From the NCBI GenBank assembly GCA_025603075.1, contig MU626348.1:19457-83456 (forward strand): a stretch of 64,000 nucleotides of DNA, given 5' to 3'. The number at the start of each line of letters is the position of its first letter. Within the stretch, counting starts at the first letter, position 1. Shown piece by piece: positions 11,589 through 22,436 of the stretch. The translations under genes and the position numbers were made by a program. The notes beneath the pieces were generated by a model. The model was given only the letters and a program-made list of their open reading frames with translations. It was not told the origin of the DNA and ran no database searches. Origin of the DNA: Neoconidiobolus thromboides FSU 785 (lineage: Eukaryota; Fungi; Entomophthoromycota).

Positions 11589-12431
11589 GGTTACTTGAAA
11601 TAAAATAAAACAAAACTTATTCTTTTTATGTAATATGCTTTATAATACTATATCTTTTTATACTCTATTAATAAGCTTCAGTTGAGTGCTACTATACTAT
11701 TAGTGGCGATCTATTTATACTTTATAGTTATCAAAGGCTTTTAGTTTATGTAATTAGATGAAAATTTATAATTGTTTATTAAGTGAATTTAAGCTCAAAA
11801 GTAACTGTTTTGTTTTTAACTATTTTATTAATACTTCCGGTTTAATTTAAACCAATCTGTTTTGTTGATTGTAAATGTTACTGTTAACTCCATTATTGAA
11901 ATTATTTGAGTTTCCGTTGGATTAAATATTTTTTCCATAGTTATTTAAATTTCAATGTGAACTGCTTAACTTATTTAATAATAAAGTTTAAGCACTAGAT
12001 ATTAAATTGGCGCATAACTACATACCACTACTAATTATAAAAATTATCATTATTTATCACGCATTTGAACTTAATCAGGGATATTTATTATTATCAAATT
12101 TAATTCTGTCCTATTTCATGTATAAGCCTTGTTTATAAAATAATATTCAAAAAGTATTATTCTAAATTGCTTCTGCTAGTATGGAATATTAATTTAAAAG
12201 GAGTGTTATTAAAATTACTTTTATTCAAGTAAATAAAATAGGTTTGAAGTATAACGGCTAATACTTATATAAAATTTTTCAATCAAATCTTTAAAACCAA
12301 ATTACAACTTAGTCTTTTTCTTTAAACTAATAAATAAGATAATGTTATATTAAATATTATGTTACTAGATTCATATTATTATAAAATGGCTATATTTATT
12401 TCTAAATGAACAAAAGATGCTACTTAAAACT

Positions 12432-13112
12432 CTAATACTCTTCATAAGATCCATAGTTATCGTATTTACGATGACCATAGGAGTCCCCACCACGTCTGTA
12501 ACCATCATAACCTTCTTTACCATGGTATTTACGACCACCATATTTGTCACCATGGTGCTTACGACCACCATAAGAATCATAATCATCATTATAATGCTTA
12601 CGACCACCATAAGAATCATAATCATCATTATAATGCTTACGACTACCATAAGAATCATAATCATCATTATAATGCTTACGACGACGACCATAATAACCCT
12701 CATCATCATCATCATCATAATGTTTACGACGACCATTGTATTTATCTTCACCATCATAACGTTTCTTAGATCTTTCATACTTATCTTTAGGCTCAGGTTC
12801 CGAAGTTTTTGGTGGTGTTGGAATAACAAGCATTTTACCTTGAGGAGCAGCAGCAAGAGGCTGTGCTTGTGGTTCACTAGCTGGTTCTGGGATTTTATCA
12901 GCTTTAGGTTGAGCTTCGGCTTCAGGAGCTGGGACAGCTTCAGCTTTAGGTTGAGCTTCAGCTACTTTTTCAACGATTGGCTCTGGGATCTTATCAGCTT
13001 CAGCTTCAGCGTCAGGTAATAAATTACCAAGTAATGGAAGTTGCTTTAATGGGCTACTAGCTTTGGCAGTGATTACAGTAGCGAATAAAATAGCAATAAG
13101 AGTGGATTTCAT
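12432..13112 (-). CDS. Secreted Pro/Ala/Glu-rich protein with tandem GGRKHYNDDYDSY repeats (repeat-peptide precursor or adhesive candidate)
   Basis: 226-aa intronless ORF with signal peptide, AEAQPK repeats, then Tyr/Gly/Asp/His/Arg/Lys-rich repeats separated by basic pairs. Confidence 0.85.
   Translation of the reverse strand: MKSTLIAILFATVITAKASSPLKQLPLLGNLLPDAEAEADKIPEPIVEKVAEAQPKAEAVPAPEAEAQPKADKIPEPASEPQAQPLAAAPQGKMLVIPTPPKTSEPEPKDKYERSKKRYDGEDKYNGRRKHYDDDDDEGYYGRRRKHYNDDYDSYGSRKHYNDDYDSYGGRKHYNDDYDSYGGRKHHGDKYGGRKYHGKEGYDGYRRGGDSYGHRKYDNYGSYEEY
12560..12720 (-). repeat. 39-bp coding tandem repeat (13 aa, RKHYNDDYDSYGG), three near-perfect units plus degenerate flanks
   Basis: Forward strand shows repeated gcttacgac(c/t)accataagaatcataatcatcattataat. 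Confidence 0.9.
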
Positions 13113-14166
13113 CTTGTGTTTAGATTAATGTAGTTATGTTATTATATGATATTAAATGGATTTTTAATGGTTGTTGTCAAGTACTTTTTGAATGTTTTTA
13201 TACTCTTTTTTTATAGCGTTTCGTTAATTATATATATAAATTTCACTGTTACCGCTGATCTTAAATTTTCGATGTAATTTATGCTATCATCTTTAAACTA
13301 ACTGATGATTAATAACTAACTCCGAAATAGTAATCTAAACAGAATTTATTTAAAATTACTTTATTATTTAAACATTAAAATTTTATTTAATGTTAAAAAT
13401 TAATATAACTTAAATTTAATATCATTTGTTTCATTGATCTAATATCTCCTAACGTATTCAACGGTATATGTTAATCAAATTGCTTTAGGAAATAGCCAAA
13501 TCCTTATTTTAATTTGACTATAATAAATATATAAAACAGATAATTAAAGTAAATACTGTTACTATTGTCAACTGCTTTGTAGTTTATCAAATTACATAAA
13601 AAATAGGTTACTTTATTCAAAAATAACACACTGCTTTAACAGCAGTTTATTAAATTTTTGAGTAGAACTAAATAGAGTACTAGTTAGGTATAATCTTAAG
13701 TTTAGCTAAAATTTGGAAGAAATTGTGACAACTCTAGTCAAACAAGTTTTCAAAACCGATTACTTTATTAGTGATAATGATCAATACTAATTCCTTGATT
13801 TTAATCCTAGTTCGAATGTTAGAGTGATGTATTTACACTATATTTCATCTATTAAAAGGATTTACAGTTATAAAATCAATATATATATTTATAACCAGAA
13901 TCTTAATATTAGATTTATAGTGAAATAAAAAGTATAGTTGATAGTGTCATTCATTTTTACTCTACTACTTCAGTTGCTTACAGAATATAGAATCTTATTA
14001 TATCTTTTTGCTATTAATTTAGATAAAAACTATTTATTTTAAAGCTAAAAACTAAAGTATTCTTTATAATTGAATTACAATAATATAACTAAGAAAATAA
14101 TGTTTTCATACTAAGAGGCTAAATTGAGAATTTGGAATATTTATAATTTATCAGCATAACATTTAT

Positions 14167-14811
14167 TTAAACAATCAATTTTTTCCTGTCAACGGTACTA
14201 TAATATGCAACTAAATTAGTGAATAAAGAGGGATAGATGACCCAGGCAAGAGCAAGATTATGTAGAGAGAACCCTAATTCTAAACCAAAAAAGATATTGA
14301 TTGTAAAGAGGCCAAGGATAGCATAGCCTGCTGTACGATGAATTCTAAAAATTTTAGTCAATGGTACCGAAAAATTAGATATTAATTTATAATGGTAAAG
14401 AGTAGCAACTAAACCAGCGGATAAAAATAGTATTAATATAGTTAAACCTAAGATGGCATGTGGGGATTGAAAGTGTGCTTCTCCCCAACTTGATTTTTGA
14501 GTATAAATAACAATAAATGAAGTGATGAAACTTAATCCAGCTAACGTTTGAAATACTTGATGTAAACGCTTGGATTTTAAACTGGATTCAACTTTAAGCA
14601 CTAATATAGCTTGACTTGTAAAATAAAAACATAATATCATTAATGCAGGGTGTAAGTTAAAGGTATTATATCCATCTTTCCAAATTAAGTATTGAATAGA
14701 AGCTAATAAGATAGCTAAATTAATTTGAATGAAATAATAGGCTTTGCTTAACTTTAAACTATTTTGAGTAGCTTGTGTATTTAATAAGTTGCTTTCTTCG
14801 TTAACACTCAT
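14167..14811 (-). CDS. Cytochrome b561 family protein (di-heme, CYB561D-like)
   Basis: About six TM segments with all four family His motifs: FNLHPALM, RLHQVFQ, HFQSPHAILG, RIHRTAGY. Confidence 0.9.
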   Translation of the reverse strand: MSVNEESNLLNTQATQNSLKLSKAYYFIQINLAILLASIQYLIWKDGYNTFNLHPALMILCFYFTSQAILVLKVESSLKSKRLHQVFQTLAGLSFITSFIVIYTQKSSWGEAHFQSPHAILGLTILILFLSAGLVATLYHYKLISNFSVPLTKIFRIHRTAGYAILGLFTINIFFGLELGFSLHNLALAWVIYPSLFTNLVAYYSTVDRKKLIV

Positions 14812-16601
14812 ATTCTTTTATTTAATAAAAATTAAATAAAATTAATCAAATGTTCTTTTAGCTTGTTTTATATACTTTGATTTTTTCGATTTTTATCACT
14901 AATGGGATTGATTATGGTATCATCTCTGATCGTAATGAATCAATCTAATCTACATCAATTATTTTTCGATTTTATTAAATAACTTAATATCTATTGGCCA
15001 ATATAGATCATATGATTCAGTTCCGATTCATAGCAATTACTTTGAAACTAAGTTATAAAGCTTAAGCTATAGGATTCTTTGTATACACGTATTTATACAT
15101 ATTTTTACTACTTATACTGTAATACTCACCATAAGTTTAGCTTCTATATTTAATCATGTTAATGAAACAGCTATTAAAATACTATCATGTAGTAAGAGAA
15201 TATAATGTTTAACTTTATTATTAGACCAATATCACTAAGTCTCAATTTTGATTTATAATTTTGAAATTATTTCATTCAATTAATCATCCAATATTATAAA
15301 GCATAGTTTTAGACCTTAGTACTTCGAACAAAAAATGAAAATCATAAGACAATAAAAGATGTCTACTTATAGTAACTCCTGGTTTTATTTCATTTTATAA
15401 CAGCTTTAAACTAAATACTATTAAAAGCGTATTTAGATAAAACTTGAAAAATAAAAAGCAATAAATTCAAAATTTCAAGTCCTCGTGTAGTTAGCTATTA
15501 ATTTTTATAAGTTGAAAGTGAGCTTTCAGCAGCTTAAAGAAAACTTTTCAATTTTAATTATTAACACAACTTTAATTTAGAATTATAACTTCTATTTATT
15601 TTATAAACTTTGAAAATCCCAATTTTAATCTATTGGTTAAAATAATATAAGGAATTATATAAAAAGACTAATGACTAATGTAATTAAGCAAGCCTATTCT
15701 AAAAACAGAGTAATACAATAATAAAGATTTAATGTGATATAATAGAGAGTAAATAAAAATTATACTATAGATTTAAAAATAAGTGATATAAAGAAAAGCA
15801 CGGATTATAAAGCATCAAAAAGGTATCTATGATGGTCATATTAATCCATAGCATTAGGAAGGACCAAAATGGATAATACGGAGTGGTAAAGTATAATAAC
15901 AATAAATGGGATGTAGATCATAATATGTATGGAATTAAAGAAATATAAGGTAAAGTGATAAAATAAGTATTATTTATATATAAATAAAGGCTATTTTAAC
16001 TAAAAAGTATAGTATTTTACATTGTTTTTATACTTCTTTTTACTTAGTTATCTTTAGCATTTTGTTTAGCCTAATTTACTATAAATTTTTTATTAATAAA
16101 ATATTATTACTCATACATGCTTATATTCAATTCTATTATATAGCTTCTAAGTGATTTAATAATTGTATTAATCTAACACTATATCATTTTATATAAATTC
16201 ATTGACTGGCTAAGGATACCATTGTTTATATTTATTTTTGAATATAAACTTTTTGTTAAAGAATTAATTTTATATAAAGAAAACTATTGAAAAAAACAAA
16301 TTATTTTAGGTTCTAATCTTAAAAAGTCTAATTTTAGCATCATGATGATCTAAAGTCTAATTAAAATTTTTATTATGAGGTGTGTAATTAGGAAAAAAAC
16401 GTAAACTGTAAAATTAGTAGAAAAAGTAAAGGCAACATAAATTGATAAAACAAATCATAAATAAAATAAACCAACTGTAAAATGAAGATCTGTAAATAAA
16501 CAGTTTATTACCTAAACCATAAACACAAACTATTATATAAAAACATAAACATATATAAGGGAAGAACTCTACTTAAAAAATATTATTAAACCATCACTTC
16601 G

Positions 16602-17816
16602 ATGAAATACCTTTTAGTTCTAGCATTATTAGTATTATATGAATCTGTCCCATTAACGGGTACCAGTAGCTCAAACAGCCAGGGTGGTGGTGAGCAGCTC
16701 TTACTTGGACAGAATAAGTTTCCAGTAGTAAATTTTGGAGGAAGTTTATTGAGGGGTGGTAAAGGTGATAAAGGCGGTAATTTAGGGCTCAATAAACTCA
16801 ATGGTGCTAGTCCAAATGGAAATTTAGGAATAAATAAAATTGATGGTAATGGAGATGATCTACTTGATATTGATGTTTCTATTCCAAAAACTGTTAATCG
16901 TAAGATAAGATACAAAAAAGGCAGTTCTAGACCAAGAATTATCGAAGATATTGAAGTGGATGCTGCTAAGGATAGAAAGGGACCTACTGAGGAATTGGAT
17001 GATTTTATACTTCCAGACGAGCTCGAACTACCTTTGTCTGATTTAATGCCTGAGGATAAGGAGAAGAAACCAGAGGAAGAAGACTCAAATATGGATATTA
17101 TCAAAGAGCCACTACGTCCAATTAGGGACAACGAAAATATAAAACCTGTTAAAGATTTGGTTGAAAACCCTTCTCCAATGCCAGAAGCTGTTGACATTAA
17201 ACAAAAATTCCCAAATCCTATACTCGTGTCTGAAGATAGGAGTCCAGATCCTAAACCAAAAGAGGATAAGCCAAAAGAAGATAAACCAAAAGAGGAGGAC
17301 AAGTCAAAGGAGGAAGATTCAACCATAGATCTTATTAAAGAACCATCAGCTCCAATTAAGGACAGCGAAACTTTAAAGCCGGTTAAAGATTTAATTGAAG
17401 ATCCTTCTCCAATCCCAGAAATTATCAACATCAAACAAAGGTTCCCAGATCCTGTACTTATGTCTGAAGATATGAATTCAGAAAACAAACCAAAGTCCGA
17501 AACCCCTCCACCTGCTCCTCAAAACATTGATACTCCACAAAATACTGATACCCCACCTATTCCTCAGGATAAAAAATCAAGCTCCACTTTGGAAAATAGT
17601 AATCCAAGTTCTCAAGATTCTTCTTTGATTCCTCCACTACCTATCCTTGAAAAAACTAGAGATACTTCATTGATACCACCATTTAGTAAAACTTTAGAGC
17701 CTGAGACTAAACCAAAGGAAGACAAACCAAAAGATCGTAAACTAGACAAGCCTAAGGGCAAGAGTTATAGAGATGAAGATAATTATTATTATGAAGAAGA
17801 TGATTATTATAACTAA
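16602..17816 (+). CDS. Secreted Gly-rich / Pro-Glu-Asp-Lys-rich protein with internal duplication and Tyr/Asp-rich tail
   Basis: 404 aa, signal peptide, two ~60-aa homologous blocks, KEDKPKEDKPKE, ends SYRDEDNYYYEEDDYYN. Confidence 0.85.
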   Translation: MKYLLVLALLVLYESVPLTGTSSSNSQGGGEQLLLGQNKFPVVNFGGSLLRGGKGDKGGNLGLNKLNGASPNGNLGINKIDGNGDDLLDIDVSIPKTVNRKIRYKKGSSRPRIIEDIEVDAAKDRKGPTEELDDFILPDELELPLSDLMPEDKEKKPEEEDSNMDIIKEPLRPIRDNENIKPVKDLVENPSPMPEAVDIKQKFPNPILVSEDRSPDPKPKEDKPKEDKPKEEDKSKEEDSTIDLIKEPSAPIKDSETLKPVKDLIEDPSPIPEIINIKQRFPDPVLMSEDMNSENKPKSETPPPAPQNIDTPQNTDTPPIPQDKKSSSTLENSNPSSQDSSLIPPLPILEKTRDTSLIPPFSKTLEPETKPKEDKPKDRKLDKPKGKSYRDEDNYYYEEDDYYN

Positions 17817-18445
17817 AAGATGATCATTAGAGTTTTAATTAATAAAATGCATTTATTTTTCATAGTTTTTTTTATTCATTTGGTCGCTTTTCTTGTTAAT
17901 AAGAGTATTACTAATATTTTCATTATTTAATACTATATCCTAATAATTATTTATTATTAAATACTGACATTACCTTGAATACGCTACATCTTTAGAAAAA
18001 TAATGTTACAATTAAGCTTCAAACTTTAATAGCCAAATATCCTTATCAAATATAAGGATAAATTAATAACCTTTAACTTGACAAAAATTAAGTTTTCTCC
18101 ACATAGGCTTGTTAATTAAACTTTTATTTAAATTGCAACCAATAATAAAACAAAAAAATTGTTTTAGCCAATGATTTTCTAGGCTTAGCTTCCATCCCTG
18201 CTTTTTTAATGAGCTAGTTGATTAGATCAAAATTCTATATTTGATGAGATTCATCTTGATTGATGATAATCAAAATACCAAAAAGTAAAATACACGTCAT
18301 AAAATATTCCTATTGACAATAACACAACTAGGAATTAGGTATAAATAGAAAAGTAAAATAAGTTAAAATTTCGAGTTGAACATCTTTTAACTTTTAATTA
18401 TAAATTCATCTCATTTATAACAATACCATTATTCAAAAATAAAAA

Positions 18446-18991
18446 ATGATACAAGTAACATCTGGTTTATTTTTAGTAGCAAGTCAATATCTCTTATTCA
18501 CTAAAGGGTTTGTTAACTACTATTACTTAAGCCTCCAACTTTTAACTTACTTCTTAATCACTCAAGGTATCCTCGCATTGAAATTTACCCCAAACAAAAA
18601 GAAATCCACCCCAACCCATCAACTATTTCAAGTACTATCTATTGTAAGCTATATTATTAGTAATTATCTCAATGATAAGCCCCTTAACTCCAGCTACCCT
18701 GACTACAGTAAAACTATTTTATATAGTATGATTGGAGCTGCTGTCGCAGCTAACTTAAACATGTATGTCTTATCTACTTTCATGAAAGATACGAAACTTG
18801 CTTGGAAAGGACATGGATTCTTTGGTTATTTAGTTTATGTGGCAGTTTCAATTAATACCATCTTAGGCCTTGAAGCTAATTTTGGTTTGACCCAATCATT
18901 TTTAGGTTGGTTTGTTGGTGCCACCTGGGCTGTTTCGTTAGCACTTACTGTCAACCCATTTAGTGGGGCAGTAAAAAGTAAGAGTAAATAA
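18446..18991 (+). CDS. Divergent cytochrome b561 paralog retaining only His2 and His4
   Basis: Aligns with 14167-14811 (IQ...QYL..G...TSQ/TQGIL.LK...HQ.FQ..HG/HR..GY...SIN/TIN...GLE..F.L). Positions of His1 and His3 are not His. Confidence 0.8.
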   Translation: MIQVTSGLFLVASQYLLFTKGFVNYYYLSLQLLTYFLITQGILALKFTPNKKKSTPTHQLFQVLSIVSYIISNYLNDKPLNSSYPDYSKTILYSMIGAAVAANLNMYVLSTFMKDTKLAWKGHGFFGYLVYVAVSINTILGLEANFGLTQSFLGWFVGATWAVSLALTVNPFSGAVKSKSK

Positions 18992-19317
18992 AAAGAATTT
19001 GACTTTTGATTTTATGATGTTTTTTGCTAGTCTGTATGAATTTAAAACTCATAATATTATAAGACAAAAAATACTAATAATGATGCTATTAAATAACAAA
19101 ATTAAGCTTCATTAATATACTAATTATAAAATATTCTTTAAAGCAATTAGAATAGCTAATACCATTATTTAGATAAAAAATTAACAATCTCCGTAATGTC
19201 AAATAAAGATATAATATTTTTGAATTTACATTTTTATAACTTGTGATTCTATTGATATTTTATCATATTTTGATAATTATTTACTACAGTGCCTGTTGAT
19301 TTCAAAAACTATTATAT

Positions 19318-19414
19318 GGGGATGTCTTTTTTGGCTTCATCACTTTTTCCATCTTTTGAGCACTACTTAAGCGGAAAATTTATTAGTAAAATTCTTGAAC
19401 ACAAATACATCCCC
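19318..19414 (-). mobile_element. MITE copy 12
   Basis: TSD ATAT/ATAT; near-consensus. Confidence 0.9.
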
Positions 19415-19757
19415 ATATATTATTAGAACTTGTATATCGAATTTTATAATAGTTAGTGCTATCTCTTGTATTTTGTATTGTTATGATAAATATAACAAGT
19501 GTTTTTTCCAGCTATCTACTATCAATCCTAAAATAATTAACACATCTAATTTATCGTTGAGTGTTCTCAATTAATATGGATAACATAGATCATAAACTGG
19601 TTTTAATATATGACTTAGCTAATAATTTTAAATCTTTTTTTCGGTTTTATTACATATTTTATAAACTGTAAGCAACTACAGTACTACTTGTAGGCATGTA
19701 TTTTCTGAAAACCTTTTACACTTCAATTCAAAATAAAAGCTACTTGTTTGCAAAATT

Positions 19758-19853
19758 AGTACAATGTATTTTTTTTAGAAATTCTACTAGCAATTTTTTC
19801 ACCTCAAATAGTGCTTTAAAATGGAAAAAGTGATAAACTCAAAAATACATACT
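19758..19853 (+). mobile_element. MITE copy 13 (degenerate)
   Basis: Core CAAATAGTGCTTTAAAATGGAAAAAGTGATAAA is recognisable; termini eroded, boundaries approximate. Confidence 0.65.
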
Positions 19854-20185
19854 ATACAAATAGTACTGCCTACTATAGTGGTAAAAGTCATCTTTATTTT
19901 GAATTAAATTTAAAAAAATTACTTTGTTACTCAATTTAGTAATTAAACATTCTAATTTGTCTTAAATAAAACTGAAAATAACGTTATATAATTTTAACTT
20001 ATGTAAAAAGCTAATTTAAACAAGTAGATATCGTTTATTTATTTTTATGAATTGGATAGTGACAGAAATAATATAGAAATTTAAGTGGAGAACAATTCTC
20101 TGTACTATCAACTCATTTTTTAATCAGGAACAAACTCTATTAATATAATTTAATAACATAAATATTTAAAATTCTAAATTGATAT

Positions 20186-20282
20186 GAGGATGTATTTCTG
20201 TGTTTTGAATTTTATTATTAATTTTTCCGCTCAAATAGCGCTTAAAAGATGGAAAAAGTGATGAAGCTAAAAAAATACCCCC
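20186..20282 (+). mobile_element. MITE copy 14
   Basis: TSD ATAT/ATAT. Confidence 0.9.
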
Positions 20283-20743
20283 ATATGCTTACTTTGGTAC
20301 TAGCCTAGCACTTTGTTTAAATTCTAAGCTTAAAAAGTAAACAGTGGATAGAAAAATTAAATAAAAAGAAACTTCTACATAAAATATCAATACTAGTTAA
20401 GTACTTAAAAAGGATAACTACAGGATTATATTGATATGTCGTTGATAAGCATAATGAAGAAGATAGTTAGATATGAAGAATACGTTTTAATGAAATAGCT
20501 CATCCACTATTAATTACTAATACTAATAAAAATCAAATTTCCTAAAAATCCCGTCAATCTCAGTTACTTAAAATTTTGCTTCATTTTACATATCAGTTTT
20601 GATTAGCTAAAAGACTAAAAAGAGCAATCAAAAATATTTATACGTTATGAAATTAAAATCAACTATCAACAAAGGCAATCAAATAAATAGGCATAAAATC
20701 GAATCAAAGTCTCTCTTAAATATTATCTTTCCAATTATCAAAA

Positions 20744-20959
20744 ATGCAACTCCTTATCCCTATCTGTTTACTCTTATCTACTATCACGGCGGTACCTTAT
20801 GGTCTAGCTATCAACAGCCTTGCCGATTCTATTTTGCAAGGGAATAATGAGGCACAGAATGCTCGTGTGGTAAAAGCACAAGCTATTGATAACTCACCCG
20901 CCCCAAGGGTCTGTAATGGTGGTGATCGTGCCTTCGGATTCTGTACACCCGATAGCTAA
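20744..20959 (+). CDS. Small secreted prepropeptide with C-terminal two-Cys loop
   Basis: 71 aa; hydrophobic signal MQLLIPICLLLSTITA, pro-region, R-VCNGGDRAFGFCTPDS. GC content is clearly higher than in the flanks. Confidence 0.7.
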   Translation: MQLLIPICLLLSTITAVPYGLAINSLADSILQGNNEAQNARVVKAQAIDNSPAPRVCNGGDRAFGFCTPDS

Positions 20960-21404
20960 GAGTCAAAATGATTTCGTATTTTATTTATTCAGCATCTATT
21001 ATTTATCATAATATAAGTATTCGTTAATTCTTTACTTTATATATTTTTTATTATTTTTGATTTTTGATTTCATTTGTAACAATATTTACCCTAACTAATT
21101 TTCTATTTCAAGACTTAAAAATTAAATAAATTATTAGTTTAAATGATAATTCAAAAAGACACCTGTATAAAAAAATAAAGCCCTATTGTTTTACAAATAA
21201 AATATATAATGTAAATCAATCGTATAACTGTATGTTAGGGAAGTAGTTAGAAATTATCGCTGGAAGTCATCTAAGTTTAAACCGAGATTACTACAAAGAT
21301 TATTAACCTTAGACTAGCGTTTTAATACTTAAAAATAATTTTCTAAGATATAAGCTCATTGCTACTGATGATTAAAATTCTGTAAGAAATGCTCTGTTAT
21401 TAAT

Positions 21405-22436
21405 TTAAATACAGGTGTACCGCTCCACATTTTCCCAAACTGGGTACTCTTCTGGCTTTAACTTAGGAAACATGGCATAAGGTAGAGAAGTACTATTCTC
21501 CTTACAACTAAGTTGATTTTCAAAGGTTGACCCCTTAAATAAATTTGGCTCAATGTTCAGTCCGGATACTTTAACAAATCCAATCCTATTAGCAAACGAA
21601 ACAATCTCTTCGAAAAGCTTTATTGTATGCTTTGATGTAGAGTTGCGAAGTATCATAATTTCCTTATCTTCAATCTTATAGTTCAAAATAATAAACTCGT
21701 CTTCATATTTTAAGCCATAGGTGTCAAACTTGGGTAACTTGAAATTTTCAAAAAATGCTTCACTCACAATCCAAAATCTTTGATATGTACAAAAGTTTGG
21801 CTCGATAACAAATAGACCAGTAGATGGAATCTTAGATAATTCCTTATTACTCAACTCTTTCTTCAAATTATCACAATCCCACGTACTAAGCTTTTGAATA
21901 TCTTCCTTTTTCAGATAACTTACTTCTCCATCTTTTTCTTTAGCCTTCCCTTGCACATGAATCTCTAACTTAAAAGGTGCATACAATTTATATCCAAATC
22001 TTTCATAGTAACTCCCAACCGTCGAGAACAAGGCTGTTGCTACAAGCCCATTCTCGTTACTCATCCTATCCATAAGTTTTCTAAACATAGCATCTGCATA
22101 CCCTTTCCTCCTTTTCGCTTCTGGAGTATATACTGCACTGACCGAGCGCACCTTAATTGTATTAAAACCTGAAGTGGGACTCAGATAATAACCTGTACGC
22201 GTTATCGTTTCTAAGTGAGATAAAATGTTAACAGACTCTTTCTCGTCTTGATTGATCAAAACCCAGGGTTCGATGTGTTGAAGGTTTTGAGGCAGTTGGG
22301 TCGTCTTTTTATAGATATCCAGGTAAAAGGCTGGGTCATTTACCTTTACCCAATGATAGTGGCGGTCAAGTAACATCTGATTTAATTGTTCGGTGTTCGC
22401 TTTCTTTAATATTTGGCTACTATTGGTTAGAAGCAT
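21405..22436 (-). CDS. GNAT-family N-acetyltransferase (fungal Lyc1-like architecture)
   Basis: Motif A VSAVYTPEAKRRKGYA and motif B ALFSTVGSYYERFGY; intronless, 343 aa. Confidence 0.8.
   Translation of the reverse strand: MLLTNSSQILKKANTEQLNQMLLDRHYHWVKVNDPAFYLDIYKKTTQLPQNLQHIEPWVLINQDEKESVNILSHLETITRTGYYLSPTSGFNTIKVRSVSAVYTPEAKRRKGYADAMFRKLMDRMSNENGLVATALFSTVGSYYERFGYKLYAPFKLEIHVQGKAKEKDGEVSYLKKEDIQKLSTWDCDNLKKELSNKELSKIPSTGLFVIEPNFCTYQRFWIVSEAFFENFKLPKFDTYGLKYEDEFIILNYKIEDKEIMILRNSTSKHTIKLFEEIVSFANRIGFVKVSGLNIEPNLFKGSTFENQLSCKENSTSLPYAMFPKLKPEEYPVWENVERYTCI

Noticed and set aside
11054-17488. Long antisense or alternate-frame ORFs (11054-11290, 11099-11350, 12371-12877, 12417-13019, 16586-17488; likewise 26834, 33098, 41566, 55127)
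   Set aside because: Shadow frames of low-complexity or biased real genes; no signal peptide logic or family motifs.
20647-20847. 66-aa ORF overlapping the small secreted peptide
   Set aside because: No recognisable features; the 20744 frame has the signal peptide and coding-like composition.
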